A stretch of 58,671 nucleotides of DNA from Candidatus Egerieisoma sp. (GCA_045580735.1 JAZNOJ010000065.1:1-58671), one strand, 5' to 3'. Positions 8,411 to 18,163 are shown, counted from the first letter of the stretch. Numbers and translations: made by a program. The notes: generated from the letters alone by a model not told the origin.

Positions 8411-8600
8411 GAGCCTACCTCCATATGTATACATACTAACATATGCATTGGAAAAATCACAGTAATTACTAGTGATTAAGGTATTTTTTATCTAACATAT
8501 GAACGATAGCCAATTCATCTCATGACTAAAGTCGCAAGTGTTCTCGGCTATTTTCATAAAAATAAATAAATTTCTGTCGCCGTGCGTACACCTTAAAATG

Positions 8601-8642
8601 AATCTACCGCAAGTCCCTTGGCTTTAGACAATGGGTAGTTCA
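8601..8642 (+). repeat. IS200/IS605 right-end-like motif, copy 1
   Basis: aatctaccgcaagtcccttggctttagacaatgggtagttca: imperfect hairpin followed by TAGTTCA, repeated at 10937-11016. Confidence 0.7.
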
Positions 8643-8885
8643 AATTCTTTTCTACCGTCAAAATTTGAGACGCAGTAGACAAAGAAATACGAGAACTCAC
8701 AAATGAGTAATTGGAAAATTTCGGCTGATTTAATATCAAATATTGTTTTAGCCAAGATTTTTACCTTGATAATGAGATTTTCACATGCTAAAAGTGAAAA
8801 TTCGCTGAATTTTCACTTTGTTCGGTTGATTTTTGCGAAAGTTCGTGTATAATATTAAATGTAAATTTATGTGGAGGTACTCCCT

Positions 8886-10187
8886 ATGATTTTTGAAACC
8901 GAAAACATTGAATTTAAGTCTCAAGTTACAGATGAAATTTACAAAGAGGTTATTGCGTTTGCAAATACGGATGGCGGAACTATATACATCGGCATTGATG
9001 ACAGTGGTAATGTAATAGGGATTGATAATGTTGATGAAACCTATACACGAATCACCAATGGTATTAGGGATGCCATTCAACCCGATGTTACTATGTTTGT
9101 AAAGTACACTTTGCAAGATAATCAGGTTGTAAAAATCACTGTGGGTGAAGGAAATTATAAACCTTATTATCTTAAATCAAAGGGATTAAAACCAAGCGGT
9201 GTTTATATTCGTCAAGGCGCATCAAGTGCTCAGGCTTCCCCGGAACAAATCCGCCAAATGATCAAAGAATCTGATGGTGATATATTTGAGGATATGCGTT
9301 CGATGAAACAGAGCCTTTCTTTCCATGCCGCAGAAAAAATGTTTAGAAAATATAATGTTGAGTTCTCAGAGGAAAAATATCGTGTTCTCGGAATAACCGA
9401 TGAGTCCAGGTCTCTTTACACAAATTTGGCGCTTGTCCTGTCTGACCAGTGTATGCATACAACAAAGGTGGCTGTGTTCGGAAACGATTCCAACACCGAA
9501 TTCCGCGACAGCAAAGAATTCACAGGTTCGATCTTTGAGCAGCTTGAGGATGCTTTTAGTTATCTGATGCTTTGCAATAAAACAGTTGCAACCTTCAAAG
9601 GATTGGAGAGAGTAGAACGCTCCGACTATCCTCAGGAAGCCATCCGCGAGGCGTTGCTCAATGCAATTGTACACCGTGATTATAGTTTTAGTGGCAGTAT
9701 CATTATCAATGTTAATGATAACGAGATAGAATTCATATCAATAGGCGGCTTGTTGCCCGGTTTATCTCCCGAGGATATTCGTAGCGGAATTTCTCAGCCG
9801 CGCAATAAAAAACTGGCAGAAGTATTTCACCGCCTGCACTTAATTGAGTCTTACGGCACCGGTATTCGTAGAATTTATAATTTTTACAATAACTGTTCTA
9901 TCCAACCTCGTATAGAAGTTACGGCAAACACCTTCAAAATCGTTCTTCCTAACATGAACAACAATAACGTAAAAGAAACGATAAATACTACGTTAGCCAT
10001 AACTCCCCAAATGCAAACTGTCCTTGACTTCATTGAAGAAAACGGTCAAATCACCGACAGCGAGGTACAAGAATTACTTGAAATCAAAAACACTCGCGCC
10101 TATACGCTGATGAAGAAAATGGAAAAAGAAGGGTTGATTGTCATCGTCGGCCGTGGCAGCAGTAAGAAATATATGAAGAAAGATTAA
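8886..10187 (+). CDS. AlbA_2 (Schlafen-like) + HATPase_c_4 + winged-HTH protein (often annotated ATP-binding / RecG-C-like)
   Basis: ENIEFKS..AFANTDGGTIYIGIDD, REALLNAIVHRDY, PRNKKLA, IESYGTGI. ATG 8886 follows GGAGGT. Confidence 0.88.
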   Translation: MIFETENIEFKSQVTDEIYKEVIAFANTDGGTIYIGIDDSGNVIGIDNVDETYTRITNGIRDAIQPDVTMFVKYTLQDNQVVKITVGEGNYKPYYLKSKGLKPSGVYIRQGASSAQASPEQIRQMIKESDGDIFEDMRSMKQSLSFHAAEKMFRKYNVEFSEEKYRVLGITDESRSLYTNLALVLSDQCMHTTKVAVFGNDSNTEFRDSKEFTGSIFEQLEDAFSYLMLCNKTVATFKGLERVERSDYPQEAIREALLNAIVHRDYSFSGSIIINVNDNEIEFISIGGLLPGLSPEDIRSGISQPRNKKLAEVFHRLHLIESYGTGIRRIYNFYNNCSIQPRIEVTANTFKIVLPNMNNNNVKETINTTLAITPQMQTVLDFIEENGQITDSEVQELLEIKNTRAYTLMKKMEKEGLIVIVGRGSSKKYMKKD

Positions 10188-10227
10188 AATAAGTAAAAGT
10201 AACTATTGATAGGCTGAAAGAGATTTA

Positions 10228-10930
10228 TGATAAATATTCGCAAACTTGAAACAGAATTATAGGAGGCAGCGGATCTTATGCGTGCCGATTCGAAGGTGAC
10301 CTCGCAGGAGTATTATATGCCGGTGCTCGGTCTTATCTTCCTGCGGTATGCATATAGCCGCTTTAAGTTCGTAGAAGCAGATATTCTGAAAGATCGTCCC
10401 GTTCGTGATGGCAGAGTTCTGCCCGTTGAAGCGGCTGATTTTAAGACTAAAAGCACAATCTTCCTTCCCGAAGAAGCACGCTATGATTATCTGTTGAATC
10501 TGCCCGATAACACCGATATGGGACAGGCTATCAATCACGCAATTACTATACCGTAGTTGACCGCACTCTCAACGAGTGGAACGAATGGCAGATGAAGAAT
10601 CTCAACGCTATCGTTTGGCTCTATCGTGGAGAGGTAGAAAGATATCAAAAACTCTTGGCGCAGTATAGAGGTACGCTTCACGAATATGCTAATATCGCAC
10701 AGGATAATGAAATAATCAACGCTATGCACGGCGGTCGTGATTTTGCAGCAACCGTCGCAGAATTAGAAGCATTTTTATCTGAACAAAGAAAAGTGGCGAA
10801 AAAACACATAGAAGAAGCCGTAAGAAAAGATAAGAAATCCGTTCAGGCAAATTGGGATGCCAAACTTACTTGGATTGAAGAAATTATCGGTGTAGCTAAA
10901 GAAGCTAACTGGTTATATGAAAAATTTGGT
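10228..10930 (+). pseudogene. hsdM: Type I restriction-modification methyltransferase (HsdM) remnant
   Basis: MINIRKLETEL*EAADLMRADSK..Y.MPVLGLIFLRYA N-terminal domain with in-frame TAG. No SAM-binding or NPPF motif. Frameshifted C-terminal piece NYYTVVDRTLNEW..LNAIVWLYRGE cut at the repeat. Confidence 0.8.
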
Positions 10931-10936
10931 AGTGCT

Positions 10937-11016
10937 AATCTAACGCAAGTCCCTTGGCTTTAGACAATGCTTTACACAATGGGTAGTTCACATGCTTTAC
11001 ACAATGGGTAGTTCAC
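10937..11016 (+). repeat. IS200/IS605 right-end-like motif, copy 2, with a 25-bp tandem duplication
   Basis: aatctaacgcaagtcccttggctttagacaatg; atgctttacacaatgggtagttcac occurs twice (10967-10991, 10992-11016). Confidence 0.8.
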
Positions 11017-11020
11017 ATTC

Positions 11021-11049
11021 TTGACACCATCAAGTATTTGATGTAGAAT
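11021..11049 (+). promoter_or_regulatory. sigmaA promoter of ferredoxin
   Basis: TTGACA-17-TAGAAT. Confidence 0.75.
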
Positions 11050-11081
11050 GGGCTGTATAATTTGATTGGAGGTGCTTTAAA

Positions 11082-11252
11082 ATGGCATATATTATTAGTG
11101 ATGAATGTATCAGCTGTGGTGCTTGCGCAGGCGCTTGTCCTGTAGAAGCTATCAGCGAAGGAGATGGCAAATATGTTATCGATGCTGACACTTGCATCGA
11201 GTGTGGAGCTTGCGCTGACGCTTGTCCTGTAGACGCTCCTAAAGCAGAATAA
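11082..11252 (+). CDS. fdx: 2x[4Fe-4S] clostridial ferredoxin (56 aa)
   Basis: Below the ORF-track cutoff: MAYIISDECISCGACAGACPVEAISEGDGKYVIDADTCIECGACADACPVDAPKAE*, GGAGGT RBS. Confidence 0.96.
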   Translation: MAYIISDECISCGACAGACPVEAISEGDGKYVIDADTCIECGACADACPVDAPKAE

Positions 11253-11276
11253 TTTGTCTGCAAATTTATAAAGTAC

Positions 11277-11306
11277 AAAAAAGTTTGCATTTTGCAAACT
11301 TTTTTT
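11277..11306 (+). terminator. Intrinsic terminator after ferredoxin
   Basis: aaaaaagtttgca-ttt-tgcaaactttttt. Confidence 0.8.
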
Positions 11307-11352
11307 GTTTTAATTAATATTTTTCCATATACACAAAACGGAGATAAATCAA

Positions 11353-12066
11353 ATGAGTTTTACCACATTAAACCCAGACGAGCAGATAGATGACCTTCTT
11401 TTAAAAGGCCTTAAAATAATTCAAAAAAAAGGATGTTTTCGCTACGGGACTGATGCCGTGGTTTTATCAAATTTTGCCGCAGAATACATAAAAAAGGACG
11501 ACAAGGTTTTAGATATTGGAACCGGAACTGGTATTTTACCCATTTTATTAAGTGCAAAAACTGCTGCAAGCAAGCTTGTCGGTTTAGAAATACAAGAAGA
11601 AATGGCACAGCTTGCAGAAAAATCCGTTAGAATGAACGAAGAAAGTGGAGCACTTGCCAAAAATCGTATACAAATAATCAATGGCGACATAATGAACGTA
11701 AAAGAAATATTAAAGGGACGAGCTTTTGATGCAATAGTAACAAACCCTCCATACAAGAGAAAAGGCTCCGGAATAATAAATGAAACGAGTCGTCTAAATA
11801 TTGCAAGACACGAAATATCCTGTACACTAGCTGACATAATTGAAAAATCTGCTTTTTTACTAAAAAATGGTGGCGATTTTATAATGGTAAATCATACTGA
11901 GCGCCTTGCAGATGCTATTGAAGCCATGAGAAAAAATAAAATTGAGCCAAAGGAATTACAATTTGTTTATTCAAAAATAGATGAATCACCAATTTTATTT
12001 ATGGTGCACGGTGTGCTTTTTGGCGGTAAAAATTTGATTATAAAAAAGGGAATCGAGGTTAAATAA
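11353..12066 (+). CDS. tRNA1(Val) (adenine37-N6)-methyltransferase-like (YabB/TrmN6)
   Basis: FRYGTDAVVL, VLDIGTGTG, TNPPY, ARHEI, located upstream of rsmI. Confidence 0.88.
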   Translation: MSFTTLNPDEQIDDLLLKGLKIIQKKGCFRYGTDAVVLSNFAAEYIKKDDKVLDIGTGTGILPILLSAKTAASKLVGLEIQEEMAQLAEKSVRMNEESGALAKNRIQIINGDIMNVKEILKGRAFDAIVTNPPYKRKGSGIINETSRLNIARHEISCTLADIIEKSAFLLKNGGDFIMVNHTERLADAIEAMRKNKIEPKELQFVYSKIDESPILFMVHGVLFGGKNLIIKKGIEVK

Positions 12067-12915
12067 ATGCTTTATATTGTATCTACGCCAATAGGAAATT
12101 TAGGTGACATTTCTCAAAGGGCATTAGAAATTTTAGAAAATTGTGACATTATTGCTGCCGAAGACACTCGTCATACGCAAAAGCTTTTAACTCATTTTGG
12201 CATAAAAAAACCTCTGATTTCATATTACGAGCACAATAAAGCTAGCAGAGGTCCGCTTTTGATAGAAAAGCTTCAAAACGGAGAAAACATTGCTCTTGTT
12301 TCAGATGCAGGTACTCCCGGTATTTCAGACCCGGGTTCAGATTTAATAAAGCAGGCTATAGATGCTGATATAAAGGTTTCAATGGCACCAGGCCCTGTTG
12401 CTGGAATAATGGCATTAGTATTATCTGGATTAAATACTGATAAGTTTGTTTTTGAGGGTTTTATAGGTACAGACAACAAAAAACGAAATGAATTCGCTGA
12501 AATGATAGCACATGAGCGTCGCACTGTAATTATTTATGAAGCACCACACAGACTTTTGAAAACATTAGAATTTTTAGCAAATCATATAGGAGAACGCAAG
12601 CTTGCTGTCTGTCGTGAGCTGACAAAAACTCATGAAGAAATCAGACGTGGAACTGCCAAAGAACATATTGAGTATTTTTCTGAGAATGAGCCGCGCGGAG
12701 AATTTGTACTAGTTATTGAGGGCTCCACGGCAGAAAAAAATCCTCTTGAGCAAGCTACTGCAGAGGATATTTTTAACAAATTTAATGAAATAAATAATAA
12801 ATGTAAAATCGACGGAGTCAAAAGAAGCAAAAATGACATTCTAAAAGAAGTTGCGACCTTTTACAAGCTCCCCAAAAATCAAGTTTATGCGATGTATGAG
12901 GAATTTAAAAATTAG
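12067..12915 (+). CDS. rsmI: 16S rRNA (cytidine1402-2'-O)-methyltransferase
   Basis: TPIGNLGDIS, AEDTRHT, SDAGTPGISDPG, RELTKTHEE. Confidence 0.96.
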   Translation: MLYIVSTPIGNLGDISQRALEILENCDIIAAEDTRHTQKLLTHFGIKKPLISYYEHNKASRGPLLIEKLQNGENIALVSDAGTPGISDPGSDLIKQAIDADIKVSMAPGPVAGIMALVLSGLNTDKFVFEGFIGTDNKKRNEFAEMIAHERRTVIIYEAPHRLLKTLEFLANHIGERKLAVCRELTKTHEEIRRGTAKEHIEYFSENEPRGEFVLVIEGSTAEKNPLEQATAEDIFNKFNEINNKCKIDGVKRSKNDILKEVATFYKLPKNQVYAMYEEFKN

Positions 12916-12939
12916 GCGATTGCTTTTTGCTCCGTTATG

Positions 12940-13449
12940 CTATTCCGCAAATTCCAAGCGACCAGTAAGATGACCTATAAATTCCATTCCATCAAAATCA
13001 AGCTGTCTCATTGCCTCATAGGCAACTATTGCCACAGCATTACTTAAATTAAGAGAACGAAAATCCTCTCTCATAGGAATTCTTATACATTCATCATAAT
13101 GGTCTGCAAGTAGATTTTCAGGAAGTCCCCTACTTTCTTTACCAAATACTATAAAATCCCCATCTCTAAATTCTACTTCCGTATGACGTCGTGCTCCCTT
13201 GGTTGTGCAAAAATAAAAATTGTGGTCTTTACTATATTTTTCAAATAATTCTTTAAAATTATCATAATATGTAATATCAACCATATGCCAATAATCTAAA
13301 CCTGCACGCTTTAAATGTTTATCAGTAACCTCAAAACCCAAAGGCTTAACTAAATGAAGATGAGCGCCAATTCCGCCACAGGTTCGCACGATGTTTCCAG
13401 TATTTTGCGGTATTTCAGGTTCTACCAAAACTATATTAATCCCATTCAT
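12940..13449 (-). CDS. trmL: tRNA (cytidine34-2'-O)-methyltransferase
   Basis: PEIPQNTGNIVRTC, KRAGLDYW, RSLNLSNAV. Confidence 0.95.
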   Translation of the reverse strand: MNGINIVLVEPEIPQNTGNIVRTCGGIGAHLHLVKPLGFEVTDKHLKRAGLDYWHMVDITYYDNFKELFEKYSKDHNFYFCTTKGARRHTEVEFRDGDFIVFGKESRGLPENLLADHYDECIRIPMREDFRSLNLSNAVAIVAYEAMRQLDFDGMEFIGHLTGRLEFAE

Positions 13450-14597
13450 TCGTTTACATTCCTTTTTATTATGATTTTATTTAAGAGAGGGCGTTTTATT
13501 GTTACTGCTTTAAAAAGACAAAGCTCTTGACAGCAATAACATCGTATACACCCATCCAGATCGACTTTTGCATATTTTTCTTTATCTTTTCCTACCAATT
13601 TAATGACCTTTGCAGGACAGCAACTTACACATTCTCCACAGGCCTTACATTTCTTTTTGTCAAAAACTGGTCTAGGTCTCATCGATGATGATAAAATTTG
13701 TCCAAGTATGCCATTAGCAAAATGCAATCTTTTGGCATCCTCATTATATTTAACAACAAATTCTTTTTTTATTTCTAATTCATCTCCAAGAACATCTAAT
13801 TTCTGATAATCAAAATGCATTAGATTCCTTTTTTTTGCTTGTCTAAAAACCGGAATCTGTTCGTATTTTGCGTTTATCAAAGTTGCTCCTACCAAATCAA
13901 GCTCAAATGCATTAGGTCCTGCCAAAATTGTATTAAGAGCTATTGGTTCTCCTGCAGTTGGACCGTCCTTATGCATTCCTACAATTGCATCAATTATATT
14001 AAAAACAGGAGAATTGGCTAAAAATATGTCTATTATGCAATCTGCAAAATCCTCATAATCTGAAAGCTGAAAATGATATTCTGTCTTTTCAAGACCTGCA
14101 ATTGAACCAAACATATTTTTAACAGCACCTGTATACGTCATCATTCCATGCGTTTTAAGTTTAGAAATATTAATAATTCTATCTGCTTTTGCAAGGGGTG
14201 TTAGAATTTTCAATTTTTTTAAAAACTTACCCTGTGGATTGGAAACCTCTGTTTCCGATGTATCAAAATTAAGCTCGGCACCTGAATCTAATGCAGCTTT
14301 TTCGATTCCGCAAATTTTATATAACGCTCTTAAGTTATTTTCATCATAAAACCCACCGGGACTTTCTGCGATCACAACATGTGCACCTGCATCCTTTAAA
14401 AGCTTACATACAGCCCACACAATATCCGGATGCGTAGTTGCCGCTGTCTCAGGATTTTTTTTTGCAACCAAGTTTGGTTTTACGGCAATATTTAACCCTG
14501 CCACATCCTCAAGCATGTTATAATACTCAAAAATCTGACTGACCAAATTATAGATTATCTCTCTATCATATTCATTGCACTTTTTAACGTAAACCAT
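13446..14597 (-). CDS. DUF362 domain protein with C-terminal 2x[4Fe-4S]
   Basis: VKPNLV..TTHP, KLKTH..TGAVKNMFG, CKACGECVSCCP / CIRCYCCQELC. Confidence 0.88.
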   Translation of the reverse strand: MVYVKKCNEYDREIIYNLVSQIFEYYNMLEDVAGLNIAVKPNLVAKKNPETAATTHPDIVWAVCKLLKDAGAHVVIAESPGGFYDENNLRALYKICGIEKAALDSGAELNFDTSETEVSNPQGKFLKKLKILTPLAKADRIINISKLKTHGMMTYTGAVKNMFGSIAGLEKTEYHFQLSDYEDFADCIIDIFLANSPVFNIIDAIVGMHKDGPTAGEPIALNTILAGPNAFELDLVGATLINAKYEQIPVFRQAKKRNLMHFDYQKLDVLGDELEIKKEFVVKYNEDAKRLHFANGILGQILSSSMRPRPVFDKKKCKACGECVSCCPAKVIKLVGKDKEKYAKVDLDGCIRCYCCQELCLFKAVTIKRPLLNKIIIKRNVNE

Positions 14598-15261
14598 AAT
14601 ATCTTTCTGAAAGTCTTCTTAAAGCTTGTCCTCTATGACTTATAGCATTTTTTTCTTGGGAAGAAATTTCTGCCACACACTTACCATATTCAGGCAAAAA
14701 TAATACAGGATCATATCCAAAACCATTTTCTCCGTGTGGTTCTTTTGAAATAACACCAGACAATTTTCCTTCTGCTGTAATTAATATATAATCGGGCACA
14801 TTATTTCTTATCAAAATTCCCGAAATTGCACAAGTGAAAGCAGCTTGTCTTTTATCGTCAGGAACATTTTCCATTTCCTTTAAAAGCTTCATAACATTGT
14901 CCTTATCCGTAGCATTTTCACCATTTATGCTTGCATATCTGGCTGAATAAACACCCGGTGCACCGTCTAATGCATCCACGCAAAGTCCTGAATCATCTGC
15001 AACTATTAAAATATCTCCTTGGGCATCTAATCTAGCTTTTTCTCCCAAAAAATCATATAAGGAGGATACCTTCAAAAACGCATTAGCTGCAAATGTTTTT
15101 CCTGTTTCTTCAGGATCAGGATATATAACATCTTTTCCAAAATATTTTGCTACAGCATCATCAGCCGAAAGAATATCTGCTTTACTTTCAGAAAAAATTT
15201 CTTTAAATTCCTGTAACTTATGCTTATTTTTCGTCGCTGCAATAATCAAAAGCTTGTTCAT
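14584..15261 (-). CDS. rdgB: Non-canonical purine NTP pyrophosphatase (RdgB/HAM1)
   Basis: ATKNKHKLQE, ADDSGL, APGVYSARY, GFGYDP, SHRGQA. Confidence 0.95.
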   Translation of the reverse strand: MNKLLIIAATKNKHKLQEFKEIFSESKADILSADDAVAKYFGKDVIYPDPEETGKTFAANAFLKVSSLYDFLGEKARLDAQGDILIVADDSGLCVDALDGAPGVYSARYASINGENATDKDNVMKLLKEMENVPDDKRQAAFTCAISGILIRNNVPDYILITAEGKLSGVISKEPHGENGFGYDPVLFLPEYGKCVAEISSQEKNAISHRGQALRRLSERYYGLR

Positions 15262-15272
15262 ACCGTCACCCA

Positions 15273-16046
15273 TTATGTTCCTATAACTTTTCCTATAATG
15301 CAATTTTCAGGAACAAAACCTGTCATTCTGCTATCTACACTGTCATTTCTGTTATCACCCATTACAAAAACATTGTCTTCAGGTACTATAATGCCATTTT
15401 GTAAATCCTTGCTTACTCCTGAATAATTAGGCACTTTATCTGGATTAACATACGGTTCATCCAAAAGCTTTCCGTTTACAAATACACCTTCATCATTAAT
15501 TTTTATTTCATCACCCTCAACTGCAATTACACGCTTTATGTGATACTCTGTCGGCTCTGATTTCTTAAATACTTTGTATGAAATAACATTATATTTAAAG
15601 GCCTCTTTTATATCTGTGAAGAAATTTCTGTGTTTTCTGGTTGAATCAAAAACTACTATATCATTTTTCTCCACGTCACCAAAAATATATGACATTCGTG
15701 TAATGTAAACCGTATCTTTACTGTGATACGTTTGTAGCATTGAGTCACCTGAAACAACACTAACCCTAATAACATACGTGTTTATGAAGATAGCCAGTAA
15801 AAGGGCACCCACTATCGTAAACGTCCAACTAACAATTTCCCTAAGAATTTTATTTTTTATTAAATGTTTCTTTTCTTTCTTTTTGTTTTTATTTTCTGAT
15901 TCTACTTCTTCAAAAATCTCATCAATTTCATTATCTGTCATTGTTGTATCAGATTCTGTATTTTCTTCTGCTTCAATAGTAGACCTTTCCGTATCGTCAC
16001 TCATATTCAGATTATCATTTTTGAGCATTGTATCCTTTTCATCCAT
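15273..16046 (-). CDS. lepB: Signal peptidase I with acidic N-terminal extension
   Basis: SGDSM (Ser), IKRVIA (Lys), GDNRNDSVDSR. Confidence 0.92.
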   Translation of the reverse strand: MDEKDTMLKNDNLNMSDDTERSTIEAEENTESDTTMTDNEIDEIFEEVESENKNKKKEKKHLIKNKILREIVSWTFTIVGALLLAIFINTYVIRVSVVSGDSMLQTYHSKDTVYITRMSYIFGDVEKNDIVVFDSTRKHRNFFTDIKEAFKYNVISYKVFKKSEPTEYHIKRVIAVEGDEIKINDEGVFVNGKLLDEPYVNPDKVPNYSGVSKDLQNGIIVPEDNVFVMGDNRNDSVDSRMTGFVPENCIIGKVIGT

Positions 16047-16052
16047 AAGCAA

Positions 16053-16574
16053 TCATTCTCCATAAAAAGATTTTATGCAGCCGCAATATTTTTGTCTGTA
16101 TATACCAAGCTCTCTCGCCTGCTGCTGCCCTTGACGAAAGCCTTCTCTAAAGTCTCTGTATAAAAATTCAACTTTATACTTATTCCCTGCCTCAATAAAT
16201 ATTTGTTTCATTAAATCATGATTTTGATAAGGACTTACAAAAAGTGTGCTGGTAAAATATTCAAAGCCAAGCGACGCTGCCTTCTTTGCAGTCTGCTCTG
16301 CCCTTACAGTATAGCACATAGCACAGCGTTCTGCACATGAATTTTTCCATGCCTTCCATTTTTGAATATCATAGTCTTCATCGATTATAAGAGGAATGTT
16401 CTTATTACTACAGGCCTTTTCAGTTGACCCTTTTCGCCTTATAAGCTCATCATATGGATGTATGTTCGGATTAAAAAAATATCCTGTTATATTATATCTA
16501 AAATTTTCCTTCAAATCGTCTATGCAATACAGGCTACACGGACCACAGCATATATGAAGTAAAACATTTTCCAT
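16053..16574 (-). CDS. queH: Epoxyqueuosine reductase QueH
   Basis: LLHICCGPCS, NPNIHP, CAMCY, YRQKYCGC. Confidence 0.93.
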   Translation of the reverse strand: MENVLLHICCGPCSLYCIDDLKENFRYNITGYFFNPNIHPYDELIRRKGSTEKACSNKNIPLIIDEDYDIQKWKAWKNSCAERCAMCYTVRAEQTAKKAASLGFEYFTSTLFVSPYQNHDLMKQIFIEAGNKYKVEFLYRDFREGFRQGQQQARELGIYRQKYCGCIKSFYGE

Positions 16575-16580
16575 CACAAA

Positions 16581-17066
16581 TCAAATCCTCTCTGCAAATC
16601 TGTATGAAAAAGCATGACAAACAGCAATAGCAACCGCATCTGCTGCATCATCAGGTTTTATAATTTTATCCATACGAAAAATAGTCTTTACCATTTGCTG
16701 GATTTGATTTTTATCAGCTCTTCCATATCCTGCAACTGATTGCTTTACCTGAAGCGGAGTATATTCATAAACAGGCACTCCAGCTTTAACAGCGGTCATT
16801 ACTGCAACACCCCTTCCCTGTGCAGCAGCTATTGCAGTCTTTGCGTTATTATTAAAAAACAACTCCTCAATCGCAAAAGCATCCGGCTTATATTTTTCAA
16901 TTAATTCTGTCAATTTTTCATCTATTTGCAATAATCTCCACGTAAAAAGCTCTCCTGCACCTGTGCTTACAACACCAAAATCCAAAAGCTTCATTTTGTT
17001 GTTTTCGTATTGCACAATGCTATATCCCGTTATAGCAAAGCCAGGATCTATACCCATTATTATCAT
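16581..17066 (-). CDS. ruvC: Holliday junction resolvase RuvC
   Basis: GIDPG, EELFF, EYTPLQVK, DDAADA. Confidence 0.97.
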   Translation of the reverse strand: MIIMGIDPGFAITGYSIVQYENNKMKLLDFGVVSTGAGELFTWRLLQIDEKLTELIEKYKPDAFAIEELFFNNNAKTAIAAAQGRGVAVMTAVKAGVPVYEYTPLQVKQSVAGYGRADKNQIQQMVKTIFRMDKIIKPDDAADAVAIAVCHAFSYRFAERI

Positions 17067-17083
17067 AAATTATCACCTATAAA

Positions 17084-18163
17084 TCATTCAATTGTATCGA
17101 AAAGTGATGGTGAATCCTCATTCTTAATTCCACCCTTTACTCCATTACTATCAGAGCAGCTAAGTAAATCAGATAATCCCAAATGATTATATGCAAGTGG
17201 CATCGCAATTCTTCCTCGGGGAGTTTTGCTGATAAAGCCCAATTGAATTAAATACGGCTCATACACATCTTCTATTGTCGTATGCTCCTCTCCTGTAGCA
17301 GCAGCCAAAGTATCTAAGCCTACTGGCCCTCCGCTAAATTTTATAATTATAGTTGTAAGTAAATTCCTATCAATATTATCAAGACCGAGCTTATCCACCT
17401 CTAAAGCATCTAATGCGTATGACGCTAATTCTCCTGTAATTGCACCATCACCCTTCACCTGAGCAAAATCTCTAACTCTTTTTAAAAGTCTATTGGCTAT
17501 TCTTGGTGTTCCACGCGCACGCAATGCTATTTCAAGCGCACCTTTATCATCTATATCTACTTGTAAAATATTAGCAGAGCGTTTTACTATTTTTCCAAGC
17601 TCTTCAGGATTATACATTTCCAGTCTGCTTATTACTCCAAATCTATCTCTAAGAGGAGCAGTCAAAAGTCCAGCTCTCGTAGTTGCACCTACTAATGTAA
17701 ATTTTGGCAAATCAAGTCTTAATGATTTTGCTGCCGGACCCTTTCCCATAATTATATCAAATGCAAAATCCTCCATCGCAGGATATAATATTTCTTCCAC
17801 AGCCCTATTCAGTCTGTGTATTTCATCTATGAACAAAACATCATTATCGTTTAAATTTGTAAGAAGTCCTGCCAGATCTGCCGCTTTTTCTATAGCTGGT
17901 CCTGTTGTAATTCGTAAGTCAACTCCCATTTCAGAAGCTATTATGCCTGCCAATGTCGTTTTACCTAATCCAGGTGGTCCATATAGGAGCACATGATCTA
18001 AAGGTTCCTGTCTCCTTTTGGCAGCTTCAATAAAAACAGCCAAATTTGCTCGCACTTTTTCCTGTCCGATATATTCTTCAAATCTTTTTGGTCTCAGACT
18101 TAATTCCTCACTATCCTCTAGTGAAAAACCACCCGTCACCAAACGGTCATTTTCATACTCCAT
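17084..18163 (-). CDS. ruvB: Holliday junction helicase RuvB
   Basis: [36 protein letters not shown]. Confidence 0.98.
   Translation of the reverse strand: MEYENDRLVTGGFSLEDSEELSLRPKRFEEYIGQEKVRANLAVFIEAAKRRQEPLDHVLLYGPPGLGKTTLAGIIASEMGVDLRITTGPAIEKAADLAGLLTNLNDNDVLFIDEIHRLNRAVEEILYPAMEDFAFDIIMGKGPAAKSLRLDLPKFTLVGATTRAGLLTAPLRDRFGVISRLEMYNPEELGKIVKRSANILQVDIDDKGALEIALRARGTPRIANRLLKRVRDFAQVKGDGAITGELASYALDALEVDKLGLDNIDRNLLTTIIIKFSGGPVGLDTLAAATGEEHTTIEDVYEPYLIQLGFISKTPRGRIAMPLAYNHLGLSDLLSCSDSNGVKGGIKNEDSPSLFDTIE

Larger units (their letters stand above)
7793..8555 (-). mobile_element. Internally deleted, non-autonomous IS200/IS605 element (left boundary approximate)
   Basis: Left-end hairpin 8508-8549, tnpA and tnpB fragments, right-end hairpin ending GTTCAA at 7793 on the minus strand. 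Confidence 0.85.

Noticed and set aside
8601-11016. Repeats as a possible CRISPR array
   Set aside because: Only 2-3 copies, no regular unique spacers, no cas genes. Better explained as IS605-type ends
11013-11297. Minus-strand ORFs of 94 and 86 aa
   Set aside because: Antisense shadows of the plus-strand ferredoxin (11082-11252), which has the RBS, promoter and Cys motifs
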